From Piromyces finnis finn (Eukaryota > Fungi > Neocallimastigomycota), in NCBI GenBank assembly GCA_002104945.1, contig MCFH01000041.1, positions 124,001-188,000 on the forward strand: a DNA stretch of 64,000 bases, given 5' to 3'. A program made the position numbers and the translations under genes. The notes beneath the pieces were generated by a model, which was given only the letters and a program-made list of their open reading frames with translations, did no database searches and was not told the DNA's origin. Position 1 is the first letter of the stretch. The number at the start of each line of letters is the position of its first letter. Positions 13,942 through 29,667 of this stretch are shown here, piece by piece.

Positions 13942-14341
13942 TATTGACTAATTTGTTTATCTAATTTTAACAGTTTGAATATCCTTATTAAATATAATGA
14001 AAAAATAATTTTAATTATTTAATTTTACATAATATAGAATTAACTTTAACATTTCATTTATAGTTTTTTTATGTATTAAAATTTTTCGTTTTTTAATTTG
14101 TATAAATTAAATTAATTTCTTTTTTGTAAATGAAAAACAAATTATTTATTTTATTTTTTAATATTAGTTTATAATATAAATAAATATTGAAATTAAAAAC
14201 TTTTTTCTTGATATAACATATAATATTTTGCATATTACAAAAGGAAGATTAAAAAAGAGCTATAATTAAAATTCTTTTATTTTTAATTAATCAAAAAATT
14301 TAATTTATTTTTTTAAAGTCAAAACAAGAAAAACAAGATTT

Positions 14342-14696
14342 TAAAATAAAATAAAATAAAATAAAATAAAATAAAATAAAATAAAATAAAATAAAATAAA
14401 ATAAAATAAAATAAAATAAAATAAAATAAAATAAAATAAATAAGTAAATAAATAAATAAGTAAATAAATAAATAAATAAATAAATAAGTAAATAAATAAA
14501 TAAATAAGTAAATAAATAAGTAAATAAATAAATAAATAAATAAGTAAATAAATAAATAAATAAGTAAATAAATAAATAAATAAGTAAATAAATAAATCAA
14601 TAAATCAATAAATAAATCAATAAATCAATAAATAAATCAATAAATAAATAAATAAATCAATAAATAAATCAATAAATCAATAAATAAATAAATCAA

Positions 14697-14751
<55 letters not shown>

Positions 14752-14754
14752 AAT
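14342..14754 (+). repeat. Compound microsatellite: (TAAAA)n, then (TAAA/TAAG)n, then (TAAA/TCAA)n
   Basis: About 20 taaaa units, followed by taaa blocks punctuated by taag and then by tcaa. Confidence 0.97.
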
Positions 14755-14884
14755 ATAAATTATATTGTTTATTTTAAGGTTGTATTATTGGTGTTAAAAA
14801 CAATTCAAAATTTTATTTTAAATTTAATATTTTTAAATCTTTTTATAATATTTTTCATTTTATTTATTCATAATAATGAGTTTC

Positions 14885-14922
<38 letters not shown>

Positions 14923-15459
14923 GTTAATTCTTTTTATTTATATATAAATAAAAATAATTTTCGATAAAAATTATTTAGAAAGATATACAAAAAGAAAAGA
15001 AGAAATATAAAAAGGGTTTTGAAAAAGATATTAATTATTTTTATATTATTTAAAATTAAAATTACAATAAATTATTTACACATATAAATATATATAAAAT
15101 TTAAGAATAAAAACTCTCCCTTTTTTAACGAAAAAGTAAAAAAAGTTATAAATATTTTTATATATACTAATTATAATTATATATGAAAACAAAATGTCAA
15201 GAATAATAGACTTTTTGAAATCAATTTTATTTTTAAAAAAGGTTATTATTAAATATATTGCAAAATTATCATTTAAATATAATAGTAATAGTATTATTAT
15301 ATTATAATTAATTATAAATATAACTAATATTAGAAAGTGTTCTTTTTTTTTTATTTTTTATTTTATTTTTTTTCAAGTTGTTCATTAAATGAATTTTAAC
15401 TTTATGATATAATTTATTTTTATTTTTTAAAGATTAATAAAAATAATAATTCGAATATT

Positions 15460-18249
15460 ATGGATGGAGAATCATCATTACTTGATCATATGGAAAAAAA
15501 TAAGGATTCAGAAGTAGAAAAAGAGAATGAAAATAAAGAAAAGTAAATGTTATGTAAACATTAATATTAAAAATATGTCATGTATTGAAATTATTTATAT
15601 AAAATATTATAGGTATAATAATAAGACCACATTATCGAATTCGAACGACAATTCTAATAATAGCAGCAGTAAATTAAATAGTACTAATAATAGTAGTACT
15701 CATAATAGCTATAACAATAGTGGAAACTTGCCAAATCACTTAATTCCAATTTCAACGCAAAATCAACATAAAAAAAATAATTCCAATGTTAGTAGTCCAA
15801 CGTCAGCAAATAATACTCAAACAGCGCTTTCATCTAATATTTTATCTAGAAAATCAACATTTAAAAAAAGGCATAGTGATATAAATGTTTTAGTAGGAAC
15901 GCCAATTAAAGAAGATCATGTACACTATGTATTAATGTATGATATGTTAACAGGTATTCGTGTTGCAGTATCAAGATGCTTAGCAAAAGCAAAACGTCCT
16001 ATACAGGAACAAGACTTCCAAGCAGCTCATAAACTTGCATTTGATATGTAATTATTAGAATATAGAAAATTAATTATTATAAAATAGAAATAGTTAATAA
16101 TATATCCTTTTTTAATATAAATTATACAATATATATGAAATAATATAATTCTAAATTTAGTATTGGTAATGAATTAACACCATCATCAAAGTATGATTTT
16201 AAATTTAAAGATTATGCTCCATGGGTATTTAGAGCAATTAGAGATATATGTAATATAGATCAGGCAGATTATCTTGTAAATATAAGATATCAGTAAAAAT
16301 AATTATAATTTTTCAAAAAGTTAAAAAATAAAATAATAATTATTATAATTTAATATAAAAATATATGTAGATGTCATTGACCGGAAAATATGTATTATCA
16401 GAATTAGGATCACCTGGTAAAAGCGGAAGTTTTTTTTATTATTCACAAGATTATCGCTTTATAATAAAAACAATTCATCATGTTGAACATAAATTTCTAA
16501 GAAAAATCTTGAAACCATATTATGAAGTAAGGAATTTTCAATTGATATTATTGATATTATTGAAAAAATAAATAAATAATTATAAATAAATTCAATATAA
16601 ATAATTAATCAATAATGTAAATAGCATATTAGAGATAATCCAAATACATTAATTTGTTGGATTTTTGGATTACATAGAGTTAAATTACCTCATGGTAAAA
16701 AGATCCATTTTGTTGTTATGCAAAATATATTACCACCAAATAAAGATATTCACGAAAGATTTGATTTAAAAGTATGAACAAACATATTATAAATAAATAA
16801 ATAAATAAATAAATAGATAGTATATGATATTTTTATTAAATGCAAATATAATTAATTAGGGCTCAACTCAAGGTAGAATTGTTAATGATGATCAAATTAA
16901 AGATAAATCAGTAGTTTTAAAAGATTTAAATTGGATAAAGTTGAGAAGAAGAATAAAACTAGGTCCAGAAAAAAGAAAAATATTCATTGAACAAATTGAA
17001 AAAGACGCAGACTTATTAGCAAAGTTAAATATAATGGATTATTCATTACTAATTGGTTTTCATAATTTATCAAAGGGGAACCAAGAAAATATTAGAGATA
17101 AAACTTTATCAATTTTTGAACCAAATCCTGAATCATTAAGTCAACAATTAGCTAAAGTGAGACAGGGTAGTAAAGCTGTTGTAATGAGAAAAGCAATTGC
17201 AGAATCAGATCCAGTTGCTTTAGGTCCTTCAACAACAAAATTACCAGAGGAACTCCCAAAAGAGTAAAAATGAATAAAATTTTAGAATAATATTAAAATT
17301 ATAATATATAATATATTAAATCAAATAAAAATATAATTATAATTATATTATAAAGGAGAAAAAATTGTATATTTTATCAAGATGATGGTGGATATCAATC
17401 TACTGATAATGACAATAATCCATTGAATGATTTATATTTTATAGGAGTTATTGATATTTTCACAAATTACAATTATAAAAAGAAGATTGAACATTTCTTT
17501 AAATCAATAAATAATGATAAAGTATAAAAAACAAACAAATATATATATTTAAGACAATATAAAATAAAAAACCAACTCTTAATGCTAATTGAATTTTTTG
17601 TTAATATTATTTAAATTAGACTGTGATATCTGCAATCCATCCAAAAAAATATGCCAAAAGATTTGTAGACTTTATAAAATTTGCAACTTATCCTGAAGAA
17701 GAATTAAATCTTCCAATGTTTGAACCATATATGAAAATAAGAGAAGCATTTGGTATTCCACAACAAACAAAAGAATCGGTAAATGTATCACCAGTTTCTC
17801 AAAAAGAAATACAACCTGTAAATGGATCAACATCTATAAGTGAGTATACAACAAACAAAAAAGAAGAATCAAAAAATATAAATCCAATTATTGAAGAGTC
17901 AAAGGATGAATTCAAGAGTACTATTTATAAGGAAAATGAGGAGGAAGAAATTAATACAGAAAATATAAAAGAAAATAAAGATAATGTTTCATCTGAGAAT
18001 AACAGGAAGAATAGTCAAACTTCAAAAGAATCATCTATAAATGATGGTGATGCAGAATATAAAAGTCAATTTAAAGATTTTATTCCTATATATGCATCTA
18101 CTGATTTATTTGTATCACCGAAATCTGAATCCCCATTAATAATAGATGAAGAAAAAGAAAATATAACACCTTTACCTCAGGCACACATTCAAAGTAATTT
18201 ATCATCAAAAAGAGCATCATTAAAAATAAATCCACAGACAGTGGAATAA
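15460..18249 (+). CDS. MSS4: Phosphatidylinositol-4-phosphate 5-kinase (Mss4/Its3); 8 exons
   Basis: [102 protein letters not shown] and [11 protein letters not shown] are joined by seven GT-AG introns. Confidence 0.97.
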
Positions 18250-18886
18250 AAAGTTTTACCATAAAAATTTTACAATAAAAATTGAAAATCAATATAAAAT
18301 TTTAAGCATCTTTTCAGCTGTTAACATTATAATTATTTAACGTTACAATTAAATATCAAAATTAAATATGTTACATTGTATATTTTTAATTATTTTTTTT
18401 TTCAATCATTTTGGAATTAATATAAGCCAAAATAATACCAAATATCTATATTATTATCTGTTATCTATAAAAATTATAAATATTATAAATAAAATTTATA
18501 ATATCATATATAATAACATACTATTTTTTAATAATAAAATACATAAAAAATTTTATATGTATTATAATAAATTAACAATAAAGTAAATTAAAAAAAAAAA
18601 AAAAAAAAAATTATAATTATATAATTAATAGTTTTTAATTAAAAATAAACATCAAAAATTATAATCAAACTTTAATTATTAATTTAATTTCTTTCTTATA
18701 ATAAATAATACAATTTAAATAAAATTTATAAAAATATAGATAATTTTTTTTTTTTTTATATTTTCTTTTTTCTTTTTAGTTTATGTGTACTAATATTACT
18801 GATATTAATAATGAAATACTTATATTAAACATTTTAAATTTTGTAAAATATAAATATAAAAAATAAAAATATCATATTCTTGAAAA

Positions 18887-21800
18887 ATGGAGAGAATAAT
18901 AAAATTTCTTGCTATAAATATAGCATTACTTTTACTTTCCTTTTTTCTTTTAATTGTATTTCTAAAGTATTATTTAAACATTAGTATAAATTCAATTGGC
19001 TTTTTAAGTTTTGGATTTGAATATGTATCAAAGAAAATCAACCCACTTTTAGAATTTATCAAGATTAACAATGTCACTCTTCAATATAAAAGAGTTAAAT
19101 ATAGTAAAAGTAAAGTATTTATATTAAATATAGATGGAGTGAAATTAAAGATATCACCTACATTTGTAGAAAATATATCAAAAAATGAAGAAAGAAACTT
19201 TTTAACAAAATTAAGAAGAAAGATAATAGATGGAATCTATACTTATGATATACAAAAGGATTATATAAAAAATTTTGAAGAAAATATTGATGATAATTAT
19301 GAGCAGAGTAATAATCCATCAGTAAAAATAAATAATCGTAATTTTAATAGTAAAAATAATATTAATAAAGATAATAATTCAAAATATAACAACATTAGCT
19401 CTCTTAGTAATAGTCATGGTTATTTAAATGAAAATTATGTAAACGTAAATAAAAAAGGATTTTTGAATAGTAATGAAAATATAAAAATAGAAAAAAAAGA
19501 AAATTTAAACATTTCTACAACGACATTGTATACTTCTAAGCAAAAGAAAAATACATCTTTATTTCAAACAATTTTCTATATGTTAGATAATAGATATATT
19601 TTTGAAATAATTATTCCATCAATCCTTTCAAAAATAGCAATAAACATAACCGATATAAATGTTGAAGTAAAGTTTCCTGAAGATTCCAAAATTGAATATA
19701 AACAGGATTATATATCATTTTTAGCAATCAAAAAAGAATTAAGAACAGAATTAAAAAATAAATATTTTGATTATATATTATTTAAACATTATAATCCCTA
19801 TAATTTTAAAATAAAATTACTTTTATCAAAATTTTACCTAAAGTTTTATGAAGTCAATTATTCATTTGTTCAAACTTCAGAAGAACAAGAAAAATCATTT
19901 TATAATAGTAATAAAGATTCAGTAAAAGACACTTTTAAAAGCATAAACTATAGAAAATACGAAATTTTAAGATCAGATGAAAACAATTCAATTATCATTT
20001 CATCTCTTTTTAATTGTGTAAATACTAAAACTAATTGTAATTTTGAATGTAAAGATATAAAATGTGATTCAGATGGTTGGGTTAATTTAATAAGATTATA
20101 TACTATTCTTAAAAGGATCTTTGAAAATTATTTTGATATGAATATTAATAGAAGCAATAATGATAATGATACTAAAAATAACATCATTAATAAATATAAA
20201 AATGTTATTAAAAGAAATAAAAATTTAAGATATATTAAGACAAAAATTCAGAAACACAACCCATTAAGAAAAAGTATTTACTCAAGATCTTTTAAGAATA
20301 AGAACTTAAATAAAAATTATACTAGTGAACTCTGCTTTGGTCGCTCAATAGTTGATTCAAATAGCTCTTTGAATAATGATTTTGATAATTCTAATCTTAA
20401 TAACTTTATGAATAATGAAATAATGCAAATATTGTTCTTTTATTTAGGAAGTTCCAAAATAAACTTTAATTTTCAAATATTAAATTTTCAACTTACTAGT
20501 ATCTCTCATTTTTGTGGTTATATATATCCAAAAACTTTATTTTCAAATACTAATGAAGTGTATATGTATAATAAAAACCCACAATTTTTAAATGTTTTAA
20601 CTATAGGCGAAATATCATTTAAAGGAGAAGCATTTAAAAGCAAATCAAAACTTTATAATATTGCTACATCTATTTCAATTAAGAACTTATATTTGGACAT
20701 AATAGATTATAATATAAATTATATATTACAATTTTTTAATATCAAATCCATATATATTAAACTTGAATCAATTTTCCAATTTTATAAATTTAAGCAACAT
20801 TTGAGTTATATAAAGAATATTAATTTTGATTTTAATATATCAACAATAAATTTAAGCTTTGATTTTGATTATATATATGGTCTTTATCAACATGTTAACT
20901 ATATTATTAAAAAATTGGATAATAAATATGAATTCAATCATATTGATGACCCATTATATAATATAAATAAATTAATAGTAGTTAGTAGAGTAACGTCCCA
21001 TCAAAATATATCATGTAAAAATAATAAATTAGGTAGTTCTTACAATATTAATACCAACATTAAGAAATCAAAAAACAAAATATCATCTGACGATATTATT
21101 AAGTTTAGTAGAATATATAATTATAAATACTCAAAGTTAAAGATAAATATTAATTTTAGGATTAAAAACGTTATCTTAAACTACATTATTTTATCAGATA
21201 AAATCCAAGATTGTTATTCTGTTAATAATGAAGAAATATCTTTATCTAACGAATGCGTTCTTATTCAAATCGGAATTAAAAGTATTGGTTTAGAGTATAG
21301 TAACTCGAAAAAAATAAAATTACAAAGTATATTAAGCTCTTCTACAAATAGTATAAATAATGAAAATAAAATCGATTCAGAAACAAAATTAAATGGTTCT
21401 TATAATTTTGATGATAATGATAAATATGTCTTATACGAAGAACAACCAGATCTTCATGAAATTGAATTTGAAGCAAATAATATTTCATTAATAGGTTCCT
21501 TTGTGAGTGAAGAAAATGTTATTAATAAGAATTTTATTAGTATTAATGAATTAGTAGAATCTGAAAATAATAGTGGTATAACCTTTGACAAATTTACCAC
21601 AAAAATAGTTTTTAGTATTTTGTCAATTGACAGAGATGGTACTATTATACAAAAAGATGATAAATTCTTAATTGGAACTTATTTTGGTAATTTGAAATTC
21701 AATTTCGGTTCTTCAAAATTATCATCAAATACATTAATAGTTATTGTTGATTTAATACGACTTAAACTTCTTCAACTATCTAAATTACTACCTATTAAAA

Positions 21801-24800
21801 AGAAGAATAATAATACACTATATAACAGTGATGTATCTTTAAGTAGTTCATCCTGTGATTCGTCATATGGACAATTAAGCAATTACTCAAATTCACAATT
21901 AAAGAAAAATAATTTATATTATTCTACACCAGAGTTATATGTTAATAAAAATCAAGCAACAAAAGAAAAATGTTTACAAAATATGATTTCTTCATCTATG
22001 TCTGTGAATACAAATAGTTCTAATTATTTAGAAAGTGCATATGAAAGTTTAGATAATTGTAATGAAAAACAAAAAATAGATATTTTTTCATATTATATGT
22101 TTATTTTTGATTTGAAAATAAATACAATATCATTTTCTATTTTAAACCCAGAAGATGAATGTGGTTTTCAATCTGATATTAAAAAAATAAATTTCCATTA
22201 TAATAATAATTGTTACATAATGAATAATAATACTTCCAACAAAAAACTAATAATTAAAACTGATAATAATATTAAAAACCAATTTAGTTTTAACGTTAAA
22301 GAAATAGATCTTTATTACCTTGATACAATAAAATATTTAAAGAAAGGAATAGTAATGCATAATTTTTTAAAAATTAATGATATTTTAATAAGTATTGTTG
22401 ATGTTAATACATCTAATTTATTAATTAATGATAATATAAGTAGTATAAGCAGTTTTTCTAATACAGAAAGTATGGAGTCTGTATCAAAAATAAAGCTTAT
22501 TAATGATAATGCCTATTTTAATAAAATTAATTTCAACATTAAAAAAATTAGAATGTATTTCTCTTTAAATGTTTTCTTTAGTTTATTATCTACAGGAAAT
22601 TCTATATTAAAGAAAATTATTAAACCTTTTATGAATTCATTAGAAAGATCTGTGTCTCAAAGTATGGAATATGATATAGACTCGAAAGTTTCAGATAGTA
22701 TTTTAAATTGCAGTATAGATAACAATTTAGAAAAGAAAGGTTCAGTTAATTCAGTCAACATTTTATCAAAGAATAATATATTGAAAAACATTAAGTTAAT
22801 AGTGAATAATATGCAGTTAGAATTTGATATGCCAGATAATATAAAACTATTTATTTATTTAAATGAAAATTCTATTAGTTTTGTTAATTCAATAAAATAT
22901 GATGTGTCAAAAATACTTGTTTTACTCCCATCTCAAATTAATAAGAAATCAAATTTATTAAAAATTAGAGATCTATGCGTTACATATGATCTAAATAATA
23001 ATTATGCCAAGTATGATGTTAAAAATATAGAAAGAGAGATACCTCCAGTTCTTAACATTTTAGGTGATGTAATTATTATTTCAATTCCATATTTATTTGA
23101 TTTATCTGATGTTATTGATAGTGTGATTCATATGATGAAAGTTATGAAAAATATATTTTACTCAGTTATATTAAATAAAAAATACGTAAGTACTCCAACA
23201 ATTATTGAAGTAGATGAAATGATAAAGGCATTAATTTGTTTTAATAAGTTTTCACTTCAATTTATTGAAAATGAATTTGAGTCCAATTTATCAAAAATAT
23301 TTTTATATGGCTCAAAAGAACAAAAAGAACGTGTGGCTAGAGAAATTGCATTCGAGAAAAAAATTAATGATTTGAGAAATATCAAAAATAAAGAAATTAA
23401 AGCAGGTATTCAAAAACCTCCTATAAATAAGAATACTAACAATAATTACATCAATAATAATATTGAAAGTAGTAAGGCAATAGATCAAAACAACATTGAA
23501 AATAACTATAATAATATTAATAATAATAATGATGATAAAGATTATGATAATAGCAATGATAATAATAATAATAACGAGAATGATGATAGTAGCAGTGATA
23601 GTGATAGTGATAGTGATAATTGTAACGACAACAACAATAATAGTATTGATAATAGAAACCATAATAAGTTAATTACAAGTAGTAATGAAGATACTGTTTC
23701 TAATTATGAAAATAATATAGATGAGAATAATAATAATGAAATTAATAATATTGAAAATAACTCAAAGAATATCAACGACAGTACTATAGTAGAAACTAAT
23801 ACCAATAGTATTATTATGAATAATGCTATTGATAATACAAACATTAATAATAATAATATTAATAATAATAATATAATTAGCAACAACAATAATGATGGTA
23901 ATAATATTATTAATGATTCACGTTCAAATCAAACTGATGATGCATTTATTAATACAAATACTATGATCCAACAAATTCATAATACAGAAGAAGAAAATTC
24001 TATAATTGAAGCCAAAATTCTAAAAGCATCCCAATTGTTAAAGAAAATGAATTCAAATCAATGGATTAATATAGTTAAGCAATATAAAAATAATATTCCA
24101 TCAAATAAATCATCTTTAATGGGTTCAATAACCTTTAATGATCTAAAAGCTTTAGTAGATAAACCTACATTATTAGGAAAAACATCAGAAGAAACAATTC
24201 ATATCATTGATGAAAACACTCCAGCTGATAAAATTTATGATACATTAGTACCTATAAAGTTGACTCTTAAAATTGGAAGTGGATCAATGACATTAAGAGA
24301 TTATCCAGAAAAAATGCTGAATATACCACCTTCTACTGATGGTTCTAACAGACCAAGTGTTGTTTTTAACGTATCTGTATTTATCACAGAACAAGATCCT
24401 AATGAAGAATGTAAAAAATGGGTAAATGTAAGATACTTCCACAATAAAAGAATGGAAACAATTTTAAGAACAATTAATCCTACAAAAATGTATTATTATG
24501 GTGCAAAATTAGTTATCCAAACAAATGAGAAAGCTGGATTTTCATGGGGATATTCAAATGATCCTGTATTTACTCATATATTACAAACTATTAGTGCTTT
24601 TTCGAAAGACAGTTACGATCCTAGTGAAAAATTACCTTGGTGGGATAAAATGAGATTAAATTTCCATGGTAGTCTTGATATTATATTAACTCAAGGATGT
24701 AAATTTGATATTCATTTACTTGGTTCTTGTTCTCCTTACTACACGTTAAATGACGACTATTTCGGTAATGATGGTTTAAATATTATATTAGGAAAAGGAG

Positions 24801-27800
24801 TTAACATAAAACTTGGTAATACCGGTGTTAAGAATGAAGTTTTAAGAATATGTTGTGGTGAGGTTCAATGTATCATTCCAAGAATGAGAAAAGAGCAATA
24901 TTATGAAAATTACAATTTCAATAATCAAAATCTAATTGATATTATAAATAATGAAACAATAATTAAAATGAGTGGAGATGTTAATCTATCTATTATATGT
25001 ACTTTTGACCCTATTGTTGATAATTACTTTACAAAAACAAGAAATCATGATGAAATATTTTTAAAATTACCTCAATTTGCAATACCATATCCAAATACAT
25101 CAGTAATGGAATAAATATTTTTTTTTTAATTTATAAAGTATTATATATATTTTATTTATAAACTAACATCATACATTTAATACTTCAACTATATTAGGTA
25201 TTTGATTCATTTAGTGGTTTTAGGACAAAAAATATTCATATGAATGTAAATTTATCTTCCCCATCCTATAACTTTTCAGGATTAGATTACCAACATAATT
25301 ATATTCATTTATCTCTTGATGCTATTAACTATATTATTAATTTCACTGAATTTATGTCTATGGGTGTTTTAGGATTACCAATTGGTGTTGGACCATTGTT
25401 TGACAAGAAGAAGGATAAAAAGATTCCAATGGATATTTCAGAACTTAATATTAAACTTAATTTGATGCCATTAATGATAGGCATTTCATCATATATTAAT
25501 GATGACTGTTACCCTAATGAATTTATGATAGGAATAAGATGTAAAGCTCAAACATTTAATATGGAGTTAAGTATGATATATAAAGATGAAGAAAGTAAAG
25601 AATTAGATTTTACCAGTTCAAATGCAATAATTACATCTGTAGAAGGAAAAATATATACACTTGGTAATGCTACGACAGAGGAATCCAAATTATATAGTTA
25701 TAAAGGAGATGAACAAAATGTAGATGATGATGAACTTTATTGTTGGAGAAATGATTTAGATAAATTTTATATTCATAATAATATCCCAATTAATACAAAA
25801 TTCTTATTTTATTCTGCCTATGTTTCCTATTTCAAAAGAAATGCTATAGGCGATCCTGAAAAATTGAAAAAAGAATATCAAATTATAGAAAATGGTAATA
25901 ATTCAAAAGAAACAGATAAAAAATATAAAATTTTTTATTTATCATTATTTAATTATATTTTCATATTAACCATATCTATTTTTTAAATTTTAATTATAAT
26001 AAAAAAAATTAGATATAAGTAGAGTTCAAATTGATCTTATACAAAAAAGATACTTTGAAATTGAAACCTTAATTAGAAAACTTGTTGAACATCAAAATAA
26101 TATGGATTTATACACTAATAAGTTTGAACAAGTAAAATTAATTTTTATAAATGTTTTTTTTTATGATATCATTTTTATTATTTAATTAATTATTAATTAT
26201 TAATATTAATATCAAATTTTGAATAGTCTGTTGATATTGTTGATTTATTAGCAATATTGTATGAAAAGAAAAAAATATTGAAGGAACAAATGGAAAAAGA
26301 AGAAAATTCATTCTACTTTAATAATAAATCAATTGATAATTCAACAGAAATGGATACAGGGCTTTTTAATAATATATATATTGTTCATAATATTCAATTT
26401 GTATGGAATCAAGCGGTGAGAAATATAATATTTAAGATGGTTTACTTAAATAATAGAATAAATTTATTACATAATAATATGACATATAAATTAGATAAAG
26501 AAATGATGAGAATTGCAAATGTTAAACATTCTAACCATAATAGTTGTGAATCCCTTAATGAAAAAATAATAAATACACCGATGTCGTTTAGCGAACAAAA
26601 GAAACATGATAGTAGCTTTAATATAATTTCAAACACTAATGGTAGTAATGATGAACTTAAATCTACTGAAAAGTTGAATATTGATGACAATTCAAACATT
26701 TCAAATAATTTATTAGATAAATTGATTAAAGAGCAAACGACCCACTTTATTGTTACTGAACATTATAATCATAATATAGAAGATGAAGATACAATTGAAT
26801 TTCCAGAAATTCAATCGAAATCGGATACCTATATATCATCACGTAATGAAAGTTCACCAGATTATATTTCACCTTATGAAAAAACAATTAATAGTACCCT
26901 TATTAATTTCATTAATCCAGAAGTTTGTTTCGAAGTTGGTGTTGATTATATAGAAAAAGATAAAGAACTTGGCTTGATTTTATTAGTAGCTAAATCAGCT
27001 CAATATAGAAGTATTTCTATTACGGATCTTGATGTGGAAGATTGTAATAATGTAAAGGATGAAGAAATAATTAAGCAAAGATCACATGTAGCTATCCAAG
27101 ATGCTCAGTTGAATACAGCTCATAGATCTAAAAGAAATAAATTCCCATTAACCCTAGTTTTAAATACAAGTGATGGTAAGTTACAATGGCCATTATGGGT
27201 ACCTCTTGAATGTATTTTTGATCCATCATCTCATTGTGGTATAATGGAACATGTTGCTGATAGCTTTAATGGTAATTGGCTATCAGATTCATATAATCCA
27301 AGTTATGTTAAACCATTAGAACGACTTGCAAATAATAAAAACAAGAAGAAAAAGAATAGTAATGTAAGTCATGATGATGACAAATCTAATGGAGTCAATA
27401 ATAATGTTTCAGAGTCAGAAGACAAAAAGAATGCTAATGGAACCTTAAAGCTAAATACTAAGATGATTTATGCTGATAATGATAATGAAATCAATACCAA
27501 TATTATTGCAATTAAAGAATGTAATTTATGTGCTACTTCATTACAGTATTGCACAATATATAGTGTTATATTTGATCTTTTCTCGTATACCGAACCAGGG
27601 GACTTAAAAACAGAAGATAGTGTTCAAAAATTAGTATTTAGAATAGAGCAACTTGATGATCTAAATGCTATATTAGAAAATATATATATTTTAAAGAATA
27701 ATATACGTACATTAAAACAATCAATAGTTCAGTTAGAATGGAACGATTTATTTAATAATGAAATTGAAAATTTATCAGCTGAAGATTCTCGGTCTAAATA

Positions 27801-29667
27801 TTTGCAATTACAAAATCATCTTTATCAAACACAAGATGATCTTTTATATGTTGTAATGGCATTAAAGAAAATTAATAAGCAGCGTAATTCTTCTAAAAAA
27901 GATTCTACAAAAATAAAATCAAAATTCATCTATATGAGTAAAGATTTAACATATAATATGTTATTAGATAATATGGTACCATATTGTGAATGCATTTTTA
28001 AGGATCTTAAATTCCAAATTGATACTCTTGATGATAAAACTAGTATTAATACAGTGGAGCTAAGAAAAATTATTGTTCACAATCTCTTAGAAAAAGATAA
28101 TGTATATATGAAAGCTTTAGGACCATACCTTCCACACCAAAGAGAATTAGTAGAAAATACAAAAGAAAAAATGTTCAGACTTTATTATCGTGAAAATCCA
28201 GCTATTGGTGGAATTCCAATTATTGATCATTTTGAAATAAACCTTATTCCTATTCTCGTTCAAATAACCAATAAACTTGTTAATCATTTATTATGGTACA
28301 TCTTCCCTGATAAGTACAAACATCATTCATCTTTTTCTTTGACTAATCTCTATGATAATATTGATCAAGAAAAACTTGATTGTTCAGATATAGATTCTAT
28401 TATATATTATTCGTATCAACAAATGCTTAAAGCAGAAAGTAATACATCAAATAGTAAAAGTAAAAAGAAATCAGGAAAAGCAAGTACAAATGAAAATGAA
28501 TATGATCTCACGTTATCAGATAATGAAATTTCTAAAGAAAACGGTAGTGGTAATCTAAGTGATGACGAATTAAGAGAATGGAAATATAATGAAAATTCTG
28601 ATGATGATATTCTTTTTGACCAAAATGATCTAGCCAATTCTAAAGAATCAGGAAAGAATAAAAAGTATGGAAGTTCTAATGCTCTGTCCACAATAGCAAA
28701 TTCAGGTAATAGTAGAAAGGGTGAAGATAAAATTGAATATAATGTTAATCAAATGCAAGATCGTGCTTCTCAGAACAAAACATTTGTATATATTAAAATC
28801 CCTGGAGCACATCATTGTATTAGTTATAAAGGTCCTAAAAATAAAAATATATCAGATATCTTCCAATTTACATTCAAGTTCCCAACATTAGAATATCGTA
28901 ATAAGACTTGGTCATGGTATGAATTTTTAATGGCTGTTAAAAAAGATCTTACAAAGACAGTGTTGAATCATGTTGCATCATTAATGAAAGAAAAAATCTT
29001 CAAACGCAAATTGAATGAAAAAGATTCCAATAAAATGTTTGGTATGCTTGATGAACAAATTATGATTAAATTTAAAAAGTATTATAAAAATAAAAGTAGT
29101 AATAATTCTAGTACTAGTACCAACAGCATGATCACCAATAATCCAATGTATATAACCAATAATAATTCCATATTATCAGAAAGTAACTGTGATGATATAA
29201 ACTTTATACCAGAAGGTAATGAAGAAGACTTAGATATAGAATATGTTAAAGAACTCCAAAACGAATTATACAATGACACTGAGGGACATGACAGTGATAT
29301 AAATATGAATACTAATATCTCAAAAGAACTATTTATTGATGAATCAGCAAATTCATCATCATCAACCCCAACTCTTATAACAAATAATAAAACTAAATCA
29401 AGTCAAACTAAAGGTAAAGTAACAAATAAATTAGTTAAGAGTACATTAACAAGAGAACAATCAAATGATTTTATTGAGGTTAATTTCCCTGTACCAATAC
29501 GTGAAGGAAATACTCGTAATGAATTTGGAAATAATAACAGCAATACTATGTACAATAGTATTCAATCTATTAATAGTTATTCTACCATGTTAAATGATTA
29601 TAATGAATATATGTTTATTAAGAGAAGAATGCTCTTTGGAAAATATATGGATGATAAGCAGAACTAA
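18887..29667 (+). CDS. FMP27: Bridge-like lipid transfer protein BLTP2/Hobbit/Fmp27 (about 3490 aa, 4 exons)
   Basis: N-terminal TM helix; EKLPWWDKMRLNFHG, FDSFSGFRT, WPLWVPLE, GGIPIIDHFEINLIP, QMQDRASQNKTFVYIKIPG and LEYRNKTWSW motifs. Exons 18887-25102, 25198-25894, 26013-26131 and 26227-29667 are phase-consistent. Confidence 0.93.

Noticed and set aside
23312-23889. Hydrophobic antisense ORFs that look like membrane proteins
   Set aside because: Reverse complement of the Asn-rich (AAT) tract of FMP27.
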